A program made the position numbers and the translations under genes. Below the pieces are notes generated by a model, which saw only the letters and a program-made list of their open reading frames with translations, ran no database searches and had not been told where the DNA came from. A DNA stretch of 64,000 nt from Paraspadella gotoi (Eukaryota > Animalia > Chaetognatha): positions 17,156,171 to 17,220,170 of the forward strand of contig CM119263.1 of the NCBI GenBank assembly GCA_051294375.1, written 5' to 3'. Every line of letters begins with the position of its first letter. Position 1 is the first letter of the stretch. Positions 61,444-64,000 of the stretch are shown here, one piece after another.

Positions 61444-62571
61444 TTTTTCTGCGTGTTAATTTTTTTCCGTCCCCTTCTACATTTCAGAGGAGGGGGCGGG
61501 GGTGAGGGGGCAAACAAAAAATTTTTTGCCAAATTCGCTCCAATGCTCCAAGGGAGTAAATGAAATAATCAAAAGTTCGATGAAGATCAAACTTTGAATT
61601 TTTTTTTCTTCGTCGTAGATCGTCGCGACCTCTCTCGGAAACGTGCGTAAGAATAAATGCAAACAAAAGATCCTCGCGTTCTTCTTGGTCTCACTTCTCG
61701 AAAAGAAAACAGATTCGTAGAAAATAAATTGACAAGAGTCATTAGCTAATTGAGCTTCGCAGGAAATCACTAATTATTCTCGGGGTTTTTTTTTCGTTTT
61801 TTTTTTTGTTTTCTCATTTGATCGGATATTCGACGGAACACTTCGCCCAGTGAGTTTTGGAATGTCGTCAATTAGAACTGAGAAAACCTCTTTTTTTTTA
61901 AATTTCCCGTATATTTTTCCTCCTCTTCTCCTCCTCTTCCGTCCTCCTCTTCCTCCTCCCCCTCCTATTGTCCCTCATTTACCTTCCCCTCCCTCGACAC
62001 CCTCCAAAAAGGCGAGAACCACTGGCTTTTCGCTTTTGTGTCGCTCGTCTATTGATTTTCGGTCTTTTCTCATTGTTCGCTGCGAGATTCGTCGCGATCC
62101 TTCGTCGACGGCGAGAAAATGATGTTGATGTTGACAGAACCGAGACCCGAGGCGGAATTCGAGTGGAGGGACTCGATCGATTCAATTCACTTGATAACCA
62201 ACTAATTTATAGCTTTTATATTTTAACGATTTAATTTGGTCACTGTTCTATAGAAATAAAACGTTGATATTTATCCTTTTCGGTCGGTGTTGGTTTTTGA
62301 GTGAAATAAAAACTCAAAATATATCTAATTATGAAAGTCAAACAACAATGAACACATATTTCATTAACTATTTGAAAATTTTTTTCTAAAAAATCTCGAT
62401 AGGTATTTCTTGGCAAGAATGAGGTGCGATGCAATGCAATAATAACAATCGTGAAAAGAAAATTAATCAAAAAAAAATATTTGCTTTTCCGTTGTATACA
62501 TAGGACAATGACGAATAATATTGCAGGTTGGATAAATTAACGTAAAACAAAGAAGACAACGAGTTGACGCG

Positions 62572-63870
62572 TTACACGAGAGTCGGGAATCCGTGAGTGA
62601 CGCTGCCATTGGCGACGCCTCCGTTGACCACGCTGCCATTGGCGACGCTTCCGTTCCCACGCGACGGCCAACCGTAAGAGTCTCCGGCGTAACTTCCGTC
62701 GGGCCGATCGCCGGCGCTGCCGACTGAGACGCTGCCGTCGACGACGCTGTAGTTTCCGTTTGTCGGCCGGTCGGCGTCGACGAAGCGTTGGCCGCCGGAT
62801 TTGGCGGCGTCGCCGGCGCCGATCTCGTACGAGTCTTCGGAAGCCGACGACGACGAAACTGCGTAGCGCTGCATGCGTCGCTTGCGGATCGACGCGACGA
62901 TGGTGACGACGATGACGGCGATGACGATGACGACTCCCAGGAGGCCTTGAGGCCAGGAATGGGAAAGGAAATGATTATGAAAGGGAAACGAAGAGAAGGG
63001 ATGGTGAGAAGAAGGAAAAGGAGTAGAAAGAGAGAAAGGAAATGGAAGGAAAAAAAGAAAAAGAAAGACAAAGAAGGAAGGAGGAGAAAAAACACACATA
63101 AAAAGTAAAAAGATGGGAAAGGAAAAAAAGAAGTGGAGGACAGAGAAAGCAAAGGAAAAGAGAGAAAGAAAAAAAAAAGAAAAAGAAAAGGGAAGACAGA
63201 GAAAGGAAAGGAAAGGAAAAGAAAGAAAGAAAAATGAAATAAAATGAAAGGGGAAGAAAGACAAATGAAAGGGGAAAAAAAAAGAAAGAAAAATAAAATA
63301 AAAAGGAAGATTCGACAGTTAGCAACGCCGCCAACAACAACGACTCACAAGCCACAGCGACGATGACGATGAGCTCCCTCGTCCGACTGACAGCGTAATC
63401 TCGATCCTCGATCTCGATATCGAAGTCTGCGCTTCCGTGATCGTTGACGGCGGAACAGCGGTAGACGCCGAAGCGGACTTCCCCGTTGGCGTCCTCTTCC
63501 ATGGTAAAGGTCAGTTCGGGTAAGTCGCTGTTGAGGAGTTCTGGACTAGGGGTCGGCGTCACCTGAGGAGGGGAGAGAGAGAGAGTGAGTTGAGGGCGAG
63601 AGAGACGGAGACATCTTCAACCCTTATACTCCGACCTCGATTCCACACGGGTCATCGTACGGCACCCAACTTCCGCCTTCCCACTTTTTCCAGTCGCAGT
63701 CTTCCTCCTCGTCGCAGGGATAGACGTTGCTTCGGTCGACCCAGTCGCATGGGTTGTACTGCTTCTCCATGACACGACCCAAGTAGCGCCACTGGTAGGC
63801 GAAGGGCGGCGGGTTGGACATCACGTCGCAGCGGAGCGTCACTTCCTCGCCGATAGAGGCGCCGACGATT
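62572..63870 (-). CDS. Ig-superfamily single-pass membrane protein (Kirre/Neph/Sidestep-like cell-adhesion type), last three exons: 63870-63636, 63562-63349, 62945-62572; 5' part lies beyond the window
   Basis: Ig strands IGEEVTLRCDVMSNPPPFAYQW ... GVYRCSAVNDHGSADFDIEI; TM helix LIVIVAVAC|LLGVVIVIAVIVVTIVASI followed by an RKRR stop-transfer signal; cytoplasmic tail ending FPTLV*. Intron phases are compatible (0, then T|GC phase 1). Confidence 0.85.
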
Positions 63871-64000
63871 CTGGCGGAGGGTGACGATGGAGAGAATAAA
63901 AATTAAAAATTAGGGTCAGATATGAGCCGAATTGTATAAGAAAGTTAACTTTATTACTGAGTATAAATGAGTTAGAGAAGATTCACAAAGGCATGATTAT

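Overview
Draft-quality eukaryotic (metazoan, probably invertebrate) genomic DNA. It is AT-rich, full of (GA)n/(CTTT)n/(GTC)n microsatellites, and has 8 N-gaps. The right half carries three spliced genes, all on the minus strand, reconstructed by hand from splice signals and reading phase. (1) An 11-exon Delphilin/GRID2IP-like protein (PDZ-PDZ-HN-PDZ-HN-FH1-FH2, ~1340 aa, 37977-43198) whose FH2 formin domain looks functionally degenerate: lasso missing, actin-contact Ile and Lys replaced, GNxMN lost. (2) An unusually long (~800-845 aa) Hhex/Prh homeobox gene (48318-58582) with a GC-AG intron, a NAGNAG acceptor and a +1 frameshift in one exon that is probably an assembly error. (3) The 3' end of an Ig-superfamily single-pass membrane protein ending in a class I PDZ-binding motif (62572-63870). 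The left half is almost gene-free. It holds two orphan exons of an SLC15/PepT peptide transporter and a ~5-6.5 kb tandem duplication that looks like two uncollapsed haplotypes. One of those copies carries a ~740 bp DNA-transposon-like element inserted into a copy of itself. A Penelope-type minimal hammerhead ribozyme sits in an inverted repeat at ~46.6 kb. All homology calls are from recalled family motifs, not database searches.
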